A stretch of 64,000 nt of DNA, taken from positions 224,001-288,000 of the forward strand of contig OY759599.1 of assembly GCA_963662465.1 (NCBI GenBank). Reading direction: 5' to 3'. The notes below the pieces were generated by a model, which made no database searches, was not told where the DNA came from, and saw only the letters and a list, made by a program, of their open reading frames with translations. Of this stretch, positions 31,853-42,751 are shown one piece after another (the first letter of the stretch is position 1; the number at the start of each line of letters is the position of its first letter). The translations under genes were made by a program, and so were the position numbers. The stretch is from Desulfatiglandales bacterium. Its GTDB lineage: Bacteria; Desulfobacterota; DSM-4660; Desulfatiglandales; Desulfatiglandaceae.

Positions 31853-33475
31853 CTAAAAGTGGTCTTCAAACAATTTCCCGAATTGTTTTCGGAGCCAGTG
31901 TGCAGTTCCTGAAGGAATCTCATGCTTCTTTGTCGTTTCCATTGTAATTCGCTTGCTGAAAGAGAGGTCATTCTGTTCAAAAAAATCGGTTAATTGTTTC
32001 GCCAGGGGCTTGCTTTCACAAATAATAGCTGTCTCGCTGTTGAGACGTTCGCTTCTGGGATCCAGATTGTGAGATCCAACCAGTGATACGGTGCGATCAA
32101 AGACCGCGTATTTTGAATGCATGGTTCCCTGACTTCGCTCAATGGTTCCTGCCTTGCGCCCCTGCCATTCCCAAATCTGAACCCCCGCAGTGCCGCTGGG
32201 GCATTCCTTGACGGCCGCCTCCTGGTTGACTTCCAGTAATTGTGTGTAATGACTTCGCCCTATAATCGTGATCTCAGGGAGATCATTGGTTTCAAGGCTG
32301 TTGGTGATGATAACAATCTTGACGCAGCGCCTTGCGGCATCTTTGATGGCATCGATCAGTGGCTCTGTTGCAACAAAATAGGCATTTGCAATTAGGATTT
32401 CTTTTTTTGCATCTTGAATCAGCTTCAAGTAGGCCTGAGTGATGTAAGATTCTTCAAGTCGGGGTCTGTTCTGAAAAAAACGGCAGCGGGCAGGTTTGTA
32501 TATGGGTCGAAATGGGAGTTCCGCTATGTATGCAACCCGCTGTTTAAGACGCGCATCGGTTTCATAGCTCATTTTGAGTTTTCCGAATGCATCAAATAAC
32601 CCTTTGGTCATGTCCCAGTTTCCGAGTTCATCAAGGACGTCTTTGGTCGAGTTCCAGTAACGGTCGGCATCAGCAATGCCTCTTTTTTTCTTAAGAGTTT
32701 GCAGGTATTTATAGTTTCTGTCAAATGCCGCTACAATGTCCTGCACAACTGCTCCCCTGATGATAACATCCTGGTCGCGCCAGTAACGGCTTGGATTTGA
32801 AAAATCAATTCTGAAATATTCGTTCCCGATGTTGAGTCCACCCACAATGGCAATACCGTGATCGGTTTCACCGTCAACGATCCACATCTTCTCATGAAAC
32901 CGCTTGTTTGGATCGACGGACCGGACAAAGGGGTCCGAACTGCCGAAGGAAGTTTCGTTCAACCATTCAAGTCCTAGAATTTCGTAACCTTCCACCATAA
33001 TGCCGTGCTGTTGCAGATCGAAATACATCTTCTTGGTTTGATAATTCTGATTGCTTAGGGCGTCCACGAAGACCCTTACGTCCAGGCCCTGTGCTCTTTT
33101 GTATTTCAGGATTTGGGCAATATAGAGCCCGGATTCATCGCCTTGGAAGGTCAAGGCCTGAATGCGAATTGATGTGTCGGCTGCCATGATTGTTTTGATC
33201 CGCATGGAGAATGAAATTTCACCGTTTGGCAGAAGCGCAACCCAGTTTTTTTTGGGTGACCGGCCTTCAAAGAGACCGCTTCGGCCGATGCCCGGCATCG
33301 GGCTCCCCTTGAAATTTTTCGTGGGACCGAAAACCGACCAGGAACATACGTTTTCGTTGATCATTTGATTTTTGATTGAAACGGTATCGGAAATGTTCGG
33401 AAACTCTGCAGCCGAGATTCCAGTGTTTTCCAAAGAAAAGAGGAGAAGCAATAATAGGTAGCATAAGGTCTTCAT
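31853..33475 (-). CDS. Exported phospholipase D / cardiolipin-synthase-like protein
   Basis: Two HxKxxxxD motifs (HEKMWIVD, HSKYAVFD), GGLNIG, GSHNLDPRS, N-terminal signal-peptide-like segment. Confidence 0.88.
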   Translation of the reverse strand: MKTLCYLLLLLLFSLENTGISAAEFPNISDTVSIKNQMINENVCSWSVFGPTKNFKGSPMPGIGRSGLFEGRSPKKNWVALLPNGEISFSMRIKTIMAADTSIRIQALTFQGDESGLYIAQILKYKRAQGLDVRVFVDALSNQNYQTKKMYFDLQQHGIMVEGYEILGLEWLNETSFGSSDPFVRSVDPNKRFHEKMWIVDGETDHGIAIVGGLNIGNEYFRIDFSNPSRYWRDQDVIIRGAVVQDIVAAFDRNYKYLQTLKKKRGIADADRYWNSTKDVLDELGNWDMTKGLFDAFGKLKMSYETDARLKQRVAYIAELPFRPIYKPARCRFFQNRPRLEESYITQAYLKLIQDAKKEILIANAYFVATEPLIDAIKDAARRCVKIVIITNSLETNDLPEITIIGRSHYTQLLEVNQEAAVKECPSGTAGVQIWEWQGRKAGTIERSQGTMHSKYAVFDRTVSLVGSHNLDPRSERLNSETAIICESKPLAKQLTDFFEQNDLSFSKRITMETTKKHEIPSGTAHWLRKQFGKLFEDHF

Positions 33476-33579
33476 TTAACGTGCTCCAAATAAAACCTAT
33501 GGTCCATTTTCCGAAAACTTTACCACAAATTGCCAAGATCTGCCATAAGATTAACCCGAATTCACGGGCGTCAAAAAAA

Positions 33580-34068
33580 CATTATGCTTTCACAATGGGG
33601 AGAGTCTGAAAACTTTTTCAAAGAGATGATGTCCCTGTACAACTTCAATTATTATCCCGGCTATAATCTTAAAGAACTTGAAGAACAGCCCCTCGTAGAT
33701 AATTCTGAGGTAAAAACAATAAAAAAGACGATCAAGGGAATTAAACAAAAGATGGGGCAATTGGCGCTTGCAAAACAACAAACAGAGTTCAAAATAGAAG
33801 CACGAAAAGATCTTCGTCTTAAAAAAAAGCTAAACACGCTCCAGGAAGAGATAGAGAAATACGACAAAGAGCTTGACGGCTTTCAGGCAGCCTTAAAAGA
33901 AATGCCTGACAAAGTATGGATAATTGAAGTGCTGCAAAACAGACCAATGAACAAGGCAGATCTGGAGAAAAAGAAGCTCTACGACCTGATACAAATGATT
34001 GCCTTTCACTCACGCGAGCATCTGGTTGGCCTGTTCCGTTCATGTTATGATGATCCGCGGGATGTGAA
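33580..34068 (+). pseudogene. Internal/C-terminal fragment of a putative DDE transposase
   Basis: QWGESENFFK (RW.xEN.FK-like) followed by a coiled coil and KKKLYDLIQM; AT-rich, no credible start, abrupt end. Confidence 0.55.
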
Positions 34069-34207
34069 ATGTTGGTAATCGCACTGAGCCATAGCTATTC
34101 TTGGAGGTATTTACAAAGTCTACGAACCGATGATATAGGAGTGGGTGGAATAAAGAGGAAAGGAATTGACCTCGATAAATCAACCAAGCCCTGCAAGGAG
34201 ACAGAAC

Positions 34208-34959
34208 AAAATGCTCGCGGCAGCCCGCGCTTCATGAAGGTCTGCTTTAAGCCGTGTATCAGACATTCGGCGGTTTCAGCCAGGTATAACTGCAAATGGC
34301 AACAGAGCCTTGAGTGATCATCGAGGATAGCCAGGGCCATGGGGCGATGCCCTTTTCCCGCAGCATCCAGAATGCCGATTTTAGCCTGGTGGAAGTCCAG
34401 GTGCCACAGACCATGGACATGAGGGACTTCAAAGCTGCGCACTTCGCGGTGTTGGAGCCGGTCAGCCGCCTGTTGTTGGCCTGGGCTGGGTTGTGCCGGT
34501 TCATGGGTTCGCAACCATCCGTTATCCCGCATGCAACGCAGCACAGTTTTGTAGCTGGGCACAGGTTTGAATTGGGGCTTCTCCTGGGCCATGGCTACCA
34601 GGTTGTTATAGTGCCGTTGGACATTCCAACGGCGATGAGCCTGGTACTGGGTTTTTAGCTTGGTTAATAGTACCTCTGACATGGACCAGCGGATACCGGC
34701 GTCGGAACGGATCTTTCGGTCTAACGCGGCAATCGGATCATCAGTTCCCCCTGGCCTTGTAATACCAACGTTCGATGGTGGACGACCCGATCCTAATCCG
34801 CCGACTGGGGTCAATGGGGTGTTGATAGTTTTTTTGGGCCAGTTGATTGATACCACTTTGCAGTTGTCCTCTTTGTGGTGGAGAAGACAAAAGTGTACCG
34901 ATCACCGAGTATCGGAAGTTGGCCCAACGCTGCCACATGGGCATTTGAGGTTCGCTCAT
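34208..34959 (-). pseudogene. DDE-type integrase/transposase (rve, Mu/IS481-like), frameshifted and 3'-truncated
   Basis: N-terminus WANFRYSVIG..STIERW, frameshift near the C run at 34747-34751, then LWHLDFH, ILDDHSR, KRGLPRA; breaks before the expected DNG motif. Confidence 0.85.
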
Positions 34960-35119
34960 GAAATCTCTCCTTTCGGTTCGCTTCCACTGACCTCCACAAT
35001 GGAGATAAACAGGGTCGAACCGGGGTTCAGAGCCATGTTATGTATTTATTTGGGTTTGACAGCCGTCCATCTTCTGCGTGAACCACCGACGGATGGCGAC
35101 GACCTCAGCATTCATGGCC

Positions 35120-35692
35120 TTATGGGCCTAAGGCAAGGGCTCGTAAGCAGTTCGCCAACGCCGCCTCGGGTCCACAGCAGGCTGAGTCAAAACGGGACAG
35201 TAGGGTACTGGGTAGGTCAGGATCGATAGGAGGCAAGAGACGTCCGGACAATCGCCTATAGCGGATGCTCTGAGTAAGCATTTCTTGAAAATACTGCTCC
35301 CAGCGCTTGACGGTTAAGCGACATACCTTGAAAAGCGCCTTAAGACGCTTCAACGTAATCACAGGTTTTTGTCCCTGACGAAGGGCGCTGACCAACAGCA
35401 TCACCGGCGCCCAGTAAACTCGTCGACCCCAAAAACGAACCGAGGGTGGCAGCACACGGTGACGGCAACCCGGACGGCCACAGTACAGACCAAATTGAAC
35501 CTCAAAAGCCTCTTCAAGTTCACGGGGCCCATCCCGAGGCTTTCGTGGGTAATAGGCGTTATGCAGCGGACCCCCGCAAAAAGGGCATCGCTTTGTTTTT
35601 GTATCTTCGGCAAAATCCTGGTCCAGCTTGTAAAGAAGGGAAAATAACGATTTGCTGTTAAGAACTTCAGGTGGTATTATAGCTCCCGCCAT
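35120..35692 (-). CDS. Zn-finger hypothetical protein of the type found upstream of DDE integrases
   Basis: CPFCGGPLH, YPRKPR, CGRPGCRHR..PPSVRFWGRRVY; directly upstream of the integrase remnant. Confidence 0.7.
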   Translation of the reverse strand: MAGAIIPPEVLNSKSLFSLLYKLDQDFAEDTKTKRCPFCGGPLHNAYYPRKPRDGPRELEEAFEVQFGLYCGRPGCRHRVLPPSVRFWGRRVYWAPVMLLVSALRQGQKPVITLKRLKALFKVCRLTVKRWEQYFQEMLTQSIRYRRLSGRLLPPIDPDLPSTLLSRFDSACCGPEAALANCLRALALGP

Positions 35693-35980
35693 TTATGGTA
35701 TTTTTGGCAGGAGCCCCCTACTACGAACTGGTCAAAGAACGCGAGGGGGCTCCATCATTTCTCCCCTGCTGTTCTCGTCTATTTTCTTCCATTTTTCCAT
35801 CATTTTCCGTGGCCGTGTTCAAGGGTTCAAAAATTTCATACTGAGCCTGAGCGAGTCCTTCGAATCTTTTCTGCATGGTTAAGTTCCTCCTTTGAATCAA
35901 TATAATTCATTGATTTTGAAAAGGAAGTTAACCGAAAATTATTTTTCGGATAGATTCGTGGGTTTCAACCTTTAAAATCT

Positions 35981-36135
35981 GGTTCATCGCGGATTAACGT
36001 GAAATCGCGCTTTGAGATTGTTTCGGTTCGGGCTGTAGGTGCGACTTCAGTCGCACAGGGTCGGCTTAATGTGCGACTGAAGTCGCACCTACAATCGGCT
36101 CAGAAGCCAAATCTCACGCGAATCCACGATGAGCC
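35981..36135. mobile_element. MITE/REPIN-like 155-bp element
   Basis: Imperfect ~36-bp terminal inverted repeats (GGTTCATCGCGGATT.. / ..AATCCACGATGAGCC), flanking TAAAATCT and TAAAATTT, internal REP pair. Confidence 0.7.
36034..36093. repeat. Inverted pair of GTAG-type REP palindromes
   Basis: TGTAGGTGCGACTTCAGTCGCACA (36034-36057) and its exact reverse complement (36070-36093). Confidence 0.9.
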
Positions 36136-36242
36136 TAAAATTTCAAATATCTTTGGCTAGGATTAACAGTCTGAAAGTTGTTCGACCATAAGATGTAGTA
36201 GTCCTTTGATTCTGATTTAGTGAACTTAAACCAGAGCGGCCA

Positions 36243-37538
36243 TCATAAATGAGCTATGTTTGGTAGCACTAGCATTGACGCCTGTTCGACAACTCTCGTT
36301 TTCGCTGAAAGGATTTCATAAATCAAACACAGATGATACCATTCCGCAATTGCTGTCAATAGCCACCCCGCTAACCAAAAGGAAATAAAAAACTTCCCCA
36401 ATTTTTTCACCACGATCACATATGCAAGCAACCCCAGCATATTCAATTCACTGAAAACGCGAAGGAAACTTGTGCTGTTGCCCCACACGGCCGTCCCTGT
36501 GCAGGCGGCCAGAAGTATGTAGAATATCCAGGAAATTAGCAAGAGGGGAGGAAAAAGCCTAATCCTACGGGAGAGGAAAATCTGGTAGGCAATAACCGTT
36601 GATGCCATCATGAGATAAAAGCCGGTTTTCGGATTTAGGTTTATGATGTTCTCGCCCATTGCGTGAATAAATCCCACCAACGGTGGCCCCAGTTTGGAAC
36701 TGGTCGCGCTGTCCAATAACACTGAAGACCAGTTGTTGTAAAGCCAGAGTTGCCACAGGAAAAAAGTGAGTGTCGGATACAACCAAAACGAAAAATGTGG
36801 GAAAAGATTGTCTTTGTTGCCCTTTTGGAGAATTTTCCCAATCAACCAGGTAAAGAAGCCCGCTGCAACAACCAAGGTCGTGGTTTCTCGGGACAACACC
36901 GCAAGAGACAACAATATGGCTGCCACAAGGCTTTTCCTGTGTGCTAGCATAAGCAGGCTTGAAATAACCATGAAAAGAGCCAGTGGTTCCGTCAAAAATC
37001 GTCCAACAGAGATAACAAATCCCGGGTAAAGAGCAAATAGAAGTCCATACCAAGCAGATATTCCAAAATAGCTCAATAACAGGCTGCTAACAAAGGTGCA
37101 TCCTGCAACTGCGGCGAGATTGATGGCCATCATAACAATTGGAGTAATTCCCGGATCTCCTCGCGCAACCAACCATGTTAAAAAGGGCAACAAGATTCGT
37201 TGTTGACGTAATAAAGGCGTATCCAAATTGACCCCAAAGGCTTCTTTTTGGTTGGTAAACGGATCAAGGGCCAGTCTGTAATAGAACTGACCATCATAGC
37301 CAGGTTTCGGGTGGGCATACTTCTTCCAGGGTATCTTATCAGATTCGGCATGGGTAAGTTCCTGTGAAAACCCATAGAGCCCATACAAGTGATTTTTTAT
37401 CAAAGGCATCAGTACAGAAATGAATGATACATAGATCACAATGGCAATGAATGTGACACCTAATGAAAGGAAAATATTTGAAACTCTGAATGGTTTGATG
37501 GATGAATCGGCCTTTTGATGGATTTGTTTCTCTGACAT
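36243..37538 (-). CDS. Polytopic membrane protein, putative GT-C-type glycopolymer formation protein
   Basis: About 10 TM helices, GYDGQFYYRLALDPF, RQQRILLPFL, LTEPLA, LSRET. Confidence 0.7.
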   Translation of the reverse strand: MSEKQIHQKADSSIKPFRVSNIFLSLGVTFIAIVIYVSFISVLMPLIKNHLYGLYGFSQELTHAESDKIPWKKYAHPKPGYDGQFYYRLALDPFTNQKEAFGVNLDTPLLRQQRILLPFLTWLVARGDPGITPIVMMAINLAAVAGCTFVSSLLLSYFGISAWYGLLFALYPGFVISVGRFLTEPLALFMVISSLLMLAHRKSLVAAILLSLAVLSRETTTLVVAAGFFTWLIGKILQKGNKDNLFPHFSFWLYPTLTFFLWQLWLYNNWSSVLLDSATSSKLGPPLVGFIHAMGENIINLNPKTGFYLMMASTVIAYQIFLSRRIRLFPPLLLISWIFYILLAACTGTAVWGNSTSFLRVFSELNMLGLLAYVIVVKKLGKFFISFWLAGWLLTAIAEWYHLCLIYEILSAKTRVVEQASMLVLPNIAHL

Positions 37539-37878
37539 CGGGTAGTTTCCTCACTAGAGCTCATCAAGACGTGAGATATTCGTAAGTTCGAGGTAGATGA
37601 CGGTTTTTTACATGGATTAATTTAAGTCAACTACAACCGCTTGAAGGTGAGGTTTTTTCTCCCATTACCTAAAGGAGACATTAACCTCTAAACCTTCAGC
37701 TATGCTCATGATGCCTGGCAAGCCTGACAACAACCGGACGCAACAGCGCACACGAAATCCTCAAGAATTTGAATAACATTAAGCAGAACAATTAACGATA
37801 CTTTCGTAGCATAGCACAACTTTCGGAATCGGATAAAGAGATTTTTCGACACAGTCACAGTCATCTATGACATTTATG

Positions 37879-37963
37879 GTGCGACCGGAATGGTCGATAA
37901 CTAACTGGTGAGAGTCCAGTCACGGACCTGAAAGGAGGTAACGTGTAGGTGAAGGTAAGGGTG
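37879..37963 (+). ncRNA. Group II intron 5' end fragment (start of domain I only)
   Basis: Begins GTGCG; GTGCGACCGGAATGGTCG...ACTGGTGAGAGTCCAGT hairpins...GGAGGTAAC...GAAGGTAAGGGTG; no RT ORF or domain V seen. Confidence 0.7.
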
Positions 37964-38123
37964 CCTGAAGAAACTCCCATGTGTTGATTACCTCTTTGTT
38001 CTGCCAAGATGTTAAGGTGTTATTTTGACCGGTAGATATTTTGTGTAGAGCAGAAATTTGGAAACTCAAAGTGGTAAAAAAAATAGTTGGCTATTCAACA
38101 CAGTATGTTAGCTGTGATGCAAG

Positions 38124-38445
38124 TCAGGTAGGTGCTGGGATGAGGTTCGCCGTCAACAAAGCTGTATATTCATGGATATCGAATATGCCGAAAAACTGTT
38201 CCCAATAAGCAATGACGTATGACGGTTGAAATCCGGGGGCTCTTTTGGCAGCAATGGATTTTTCTCTAAAGCGCCTGCCGTATTTGGATATAAACAGGAT
38301 GTGAAGGTTGAACATGATTATCGAAAAGAAAATATGAGCGCGAATGGCGTTGAATTTCGAACAGTGGAATTCTTCCAGAGACCAGTATTGGCAGAGTTCC
38401 TTGATGGCATTATTCTCAATGAACCATCGCTCTCTATAAGCCTGA
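38124..38445 (-). pseudogene. C-terminal fragment of an IS4-superfamily DDE transposase
   Basis: YRERWFIENNAIKEL (Y-R-E-K signature); cut at 38446 by the end of another IS. Confidence 0.75.
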
Positions 38446-40100
38446 GAGCCTCTTGCAAAATACATTTGCGTTGATCTTTTCTCAGCAATTCTCATTTTGA
38501 GATCAGCAGTTCCTCATTCCGCTTCCCCACGTTTTGCGTAGGAAACTACATCTGGACGCTCTGCGCCCTATTGCGTGAATTTTGTTTCCTTCAACCCTAT
38601 GAGGGTTTGATACAGGACCCAGAGCGTCCCAAAAACCGTTCCCACGAAGAACGGGGGAACCCGATTGAAAATCCACAGCCATGATGAGAATTACTGATAT
38701 TTTATTGACTTAGCGTAATAATTGTGTGTAGTTACATCTGTTTCGGAAGTTAAGGTGTTTTGGATCGGAGGTCGCTCGAATATGGGTTTTTTGGAGAATA
38801 TTTCGCAATATTGGTATCGAGTGCAGATGGACCTTTTTCCGTGGATCGAAGACATAGTTGGGGAGTTAAGTGCAAAACAGCGTTTACTTGTCGGCATATT
38901 GGAACTTATAAGGATAGAAGAATTTGTCCCGTGTATGAGCGGATTGCCTGGGCGGAATCGTAAAGAACGGGCAGCTATAGCTCGGGCTTTTGTAGCAAAG
39001 GCCGTATACAATATGCCGACAACCCGATATTTGCTGGATAGATTGTCAAGCGACCAGAAGCTTTTGAGAATCTGCGGCTGGGAAAAGGGTCGGGATATCC
39101 CCGGTGAATCGACCTTTTCAAGGGCATTTGCCGAGTTTTCTATGACCCAATTGCCCACACGAGTGCATGAAGCGATGATAAATGGGACGGTGTCCAATGT
39201 GATAGTTGGGCACATTTCACGAGATTCGACAGAGATAGAGGGCCGTGAAAAGCCGGCGAAAAAAGAAATTGTGGCTGAGAATAAGCCGAAGAAGAAGCGC
39301 GGTCGAACAAAGAAAGGAGAAGAGAAAATTAGTGAGCCTACGCGCCTTGAGCGACAGAAAGAGATGTGTTTGGAAGAGATGTTGGACGACCTTCCCAATG
39401 CCTGCGATGTCGGAACCAAGAAGAATAGCAAAGGATACATGGAGAGTTGGATTGGTTATAAGTTGCACATTGACGCAGCCGACGGTCATATTCCTGTCAG
39501 TTGCATTCTGACATCAGCCTCACTGCATGACAGTCAAGTAGCCTTACCCCCTGGCAGAGATATCTCGGACAAGGGTCACGAACTTGTATGACCTAATGGA
39601 CTCGGCTTATGACGCCCCCATCATTAGGGAACACAGTCAGTCCATCGGCCACGTGCCGATTATAGACATCAATCCCCGCAGAAACACAAAACTGAAGGAG
39701 GAGCTGAAGTGGGAAGCCAAACGGCTCAAAGTTATTAACTTTGAGATGCCCGAGGACCGTCGTTACAACGAACGTTCCAATGTTGAAAGGGTGAACGGTC
39801 GACTGAAAGATGAATTCGAGGGCAAAAATGTTCGTGTGCGAGGGCATGTCAAAGTGATGGCCCACTTGATGTTCGGAATCCTGGCCCTCACAGCAGATCA
39901 ACTGCTACGCCTCGTCACATAGCTTCCTTATAACCCTACGTTTTAGTGTATATCACCGAAGACGAGGGTGGAGTATGTCCAAAAATCGTCATCAAACCCG
40001 GAAAGTTGACCAAAACTGCTCCAACAGCCACGCTCTTTGGCTCTCCCGAAAAACTTCCAGTAAAACTTACAGCCTCAGTTAGCATTTTGCAAGAGGCTCG
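38446..40100 (+). mobile_element. Insertion sequence (IS5/IS1182-like) with 16-bp terminal inverted repeats
   Basis: GAGCCTCTTGCAAAAT (38446-38461) and ATTTTGCAAGAGGCTC (40085-40100) enclose a transposase gene. Confidence 0.88.
38782..39922 (+). pseudogene. DDE transposase with a single frameshift
   Basis: PGESTFSRAF, ISRDST, WIGYKLH, HDSQ, then DLMDSAYD, RSNVERVNGRLK in a second frame; deleting one C at 39547-39551 fuses the frames. Confidence 0.88.
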
Positions 40101-40204
40101 ATTGCATAATGTTCGCTCCACCAAACAGCCGGATGAAATCGCGTTACGCATTGTGGCGGCTTTCTGCATCTCGATGATTCTGAAGTGAAAAGCCGAATAG
40201 GGTG

Positions 40205-41680
40205 CTAAATTGTCTTTTCCATCAATTTCAGGTGAGCGCGGGCTGCCGCAAGGATGGCATCCCCGGTGAAGCCGTTGCTCAGCATCTCTTTTTCCAGGTT
40301 TTGCCGGTTTTCCAGTAAAGAAATAACGTTGGCGTATTCCCGGGCCGCATCCGTTTTTTGGGAGGTTTCCTTGAATATATCCGCCAGGTGAAGGCGGGCC
40401 AAAGGGTTGCCGGGTTCGAGGTAGGTCACTTTTTTCAGGTATTGGGCTGCCTGGTCCAGGTTGGCGGCGTTGCGGTAGATCATGGCCAGCATGAAATAGG
40501 CCTGTGTATGGAGCGGGTTTTGCCTGATGATGTCGTCCAGGATCTCCACCGCCGCCATGGTTTCGCCCCGGTCCGCGAGCCTGGCGGCACGGGATAATGG
40601 CGAATCGATGGTTTTTGTTTGTTCTGCCAGGGGTTCCTTCGATTTGGGAAAAATGGCTTTTTCAGCGCTTGCTGGAATATGGGGCGCCTTTAGTTTTTGG
40701 AATACGGGTCTTCCGATTTGGGTCCGGGGCGTCGGCATGGATAAGGCGGCAGGCTTTTTTGGGGAGCGGGGGAGGGCGCTCTTTGGCAGAAGTGAAGGGG
40801 GGGCGGCTGCTTCTTGTCCCGGGGACGGTTTCTGGTAAATGAAAGCATCCTCCACCTGAATGGGCACGAAGTCTTCATTCAGATAACGCATGGTTTCCGA
40901 AAACCCGGCAAAGAGAAAGCCGCCATCTGCCAGGGTGTCGTAGAAGTTTTTCATCAGTTTTCGGCTGTGATCGGCGGTGAAATAGATGATCACGTTACGG
41001 CAGAATATGATGTCCCACAGGGGCATGGATGCTGTTGGAAAGGGATCTTCGGAGAGATTGAGATGCGCAAAATCCACCATGCCTTTGATTTCAGGACTCA
41101 ATACATACCCATTTTCCTGTTTTGAGAAATAGCGGTTCAGATAGCGGGCATCAAGGCCGCGAATCGCCCGCTCCGTATAAATGCCTTCTTTTGCCTTTGA
41201 AATCGCCTGCAGGCTGATGTCCGTACCGTGGATACGAACCTTGGTTTCGGGGTTTTCAGGGATGAGATCCCGGATGAGCATGGCGATGGAATAGGCCTCC
41301 TCTCCGTTGGCGCAGCCCGCGCTCCAGATGTTGATTCGGCTGTTTTTCGGATTCTTTTTTTTCATTATTCGTGGCAAACAGAAATGCCGCAACGCGTTGA
41401 ATTGGGCGTTATGACGGAAGAAAAAACTCTCCTGAATGGTCAGGATATCCATCAGCGTGTTGAATTCCGGGTGGTTTTGGGCAGGTTCATGGAACAGTGC
41501 CCAATAGTCCCTGATATGATTCAGGCCCAGTAGATCGCAACGGGTTTTGATGATTTCCGAAAGCTGCAGCCGTTTACGGTCATCGAAGCCGATGCCCGAT
41601 TTTTCGGTGATGTGGTTGCAGATGAAATTAAGGTTAGGGTCTTTTTCGTCGCGCATGGTCATGTGAATGAAAAGCCTCAA
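40205..41680 (-). CDS. cheR: CheR methyltransferase with C-terminal TPR repeats
   Basis: TIQESFFFRH, IWSAGCANGEEAYS, DIIFCRNVIIYF, Pro-rich linker, TPR motifs. Confidence 0.93.
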   Translation of the reverse strand: MRLFIHMTMRDEKDPNLNFICNHITEKSGIGFDDRKRLQLSEIIKTRCDLLGLNHIRDYWALFHEPAQNHPEFNTLMDILTIQESFFFRHNAQFNALRHFCLPRIMKKKNPKNSRINIWSAGCANGEEAYSIAMLIRDLIPENPETKVRIHGTDISLQAISKAKEGIYTERAIRGLDARYLNRYFSKQENGYVLSPEIKGMVDFAHLNLSEDPFPTASMPLWDIIFCRNVIIYFTADHSRKLMKNFYDTLADGGFLFAGFSETMRYLNEDFVPIQVEDAFIYQKPSPGQEAAAPPSLLPKSALPRSPKKPAALSMPTPRTQIGRPVFQKLKAPHIPASAEKAIFPKSKEPLAEQTKTIDSPLSRAARLADRGETMAAVEILDDIIRQNPLHTQAYFMLAMIYRNAANLDQAAQYLKKVTYLEPGNPLARLHLADIFKETSQKTDAAREYANVISLLENRQNLEKEMLSNGFTGDAILAAARAHLKLMEKTI

Positions 41681-42738
41681 TTACCTGTTTTTACGTATCG
41701 TTCAATTGCCGAAGCGATTTCTGAAAGGGGCAGTACCTGGTCTATGGCGCCCAGAGCGATGGCTGTTTTGGGCATGCCGAAAATGACGCTGGTGGCCTCG
41801 TCCTGGGCGATGGTTTTTCCACCCTCCGCCTTGAGCATCGCCATGCCCTGGGCCCCGTCGTTTCCCATTCCCGTGAGGATAACGCCCAATGCCTGGGGCC
41901 CATAATGATTCCCGATGGATTCCAGCAGCGTGCTTCCGGAAGGCCTGTGTCCACCCAAAGGGGGGGATTGAACCAGTTTGATGCGGTGATTTTCGTTCAC
42001 CGTGAGGTGCGCATTGTCGGGGGCCAGCAAGGCTTCCCCGGGTAGCAGTACCGCATTATCCTGGGCCACGCGAACCCGTATGTGATCCTCGTGATTGAGC
42101 CATTCGGCCAGACCATGGATAAATCCCGGACTCATATGCTGAACAATCAGTATGGGCGCCGGAAAATCAGCCGGCAGAGCGCGAAGAATTTGAAACAGGG
42201 CATTGGGGCCGCCGGTTGAGGATACCATGGCGACGACCTTAATGCCATTGGTTGCATTGGGGGTCACAAAAACCCGTTTGACGGGATCAGCCGTTCTCTG
42301 CCTGGCTTCGGTTGCCTCACAATGTTTCTTGATGGAAAGCCGGCTCACTTTCGACAATAATTTTATTTTTCGAATAAATCCCGCCACCACATCCGGTCGT
42401 GTTCGCCATCGATAAAGATCTTCCTTTTTAATGACCTCCAGAACACCACAGCCAAAAGCGCGGGCGGGTGTGTCAGCGAGGAAATCGGATGAGGCCGTGA
42501 GCATGATAATGGGTGTGGGCTTGACCTTCATGATTGCTTCAGCCACTTCATATCCGCTGGTTTGTCTCAAGTGGGAATCCAGAATAATCAGATGGGGATG
42601 ATGGCTTTTGACCATGTCGATGGCCTTTTCTCCATTGTCGGCCATGGCGCAGACATGAATGCCGGGATCAGTGGCCAGCATATCCCTGATCATCTCGCGA
42701 GCGGATTTCAGGTCATCTACAATAAGGACTTTAATCAT
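41677..42738 (-). CDS. cheB: CheB methylesterase with receiver domain
   Basis: LIVDD, SSTGGP, VQHM, HRPS, LTGMGNDGA, AQDEATSVIFGMP. Confidence 0.94.
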   Translation of the reverse strand: MIKVLIVDDLKSAREMIRDMLATDPGIHVCAMADNGEKAIDMVKSHHPHLIILDSHLRQTSGYEVAEAIMKVKPTPIIMLTASSDFLADTPARAFGCGVLEVIKKEDLYRWRTRPDVVAGFIRKIKLLSKVSRLSIKKHCEATEARQRTADPVKRVFVTPNATNGIKVVAMVSSTGGPNALFQILRALPADFPAPILIVQHMSPGFIHGLAEWLNHEDHIRVRVAQDNAVLLPGEALLAPDNAHLTVNENHRIKLVQSPPLGGHRPSGSTLLESIGNHYGPQALGVILTGMGNDGAQGMAMLKAEGGKTIAQDEATSVIFGMPKTAIALGAIDQVLPLSEIASAIERYVKTGN

Positions 42739-42751
42739 GGCTCTTTTAATC

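Noticed and set aside
37626..37684. Possible IS200/IS605-type end (GTCAACTAC...)
   Set aside because: The hairpin is degenerate and no tnpA, tnpB or iscB is adjacent.
39547..39551. Programmed frameshift in the transposase
   Set aside because: A simple C5 run with no slippery heptamer; mutation or sequencing error is more likely.
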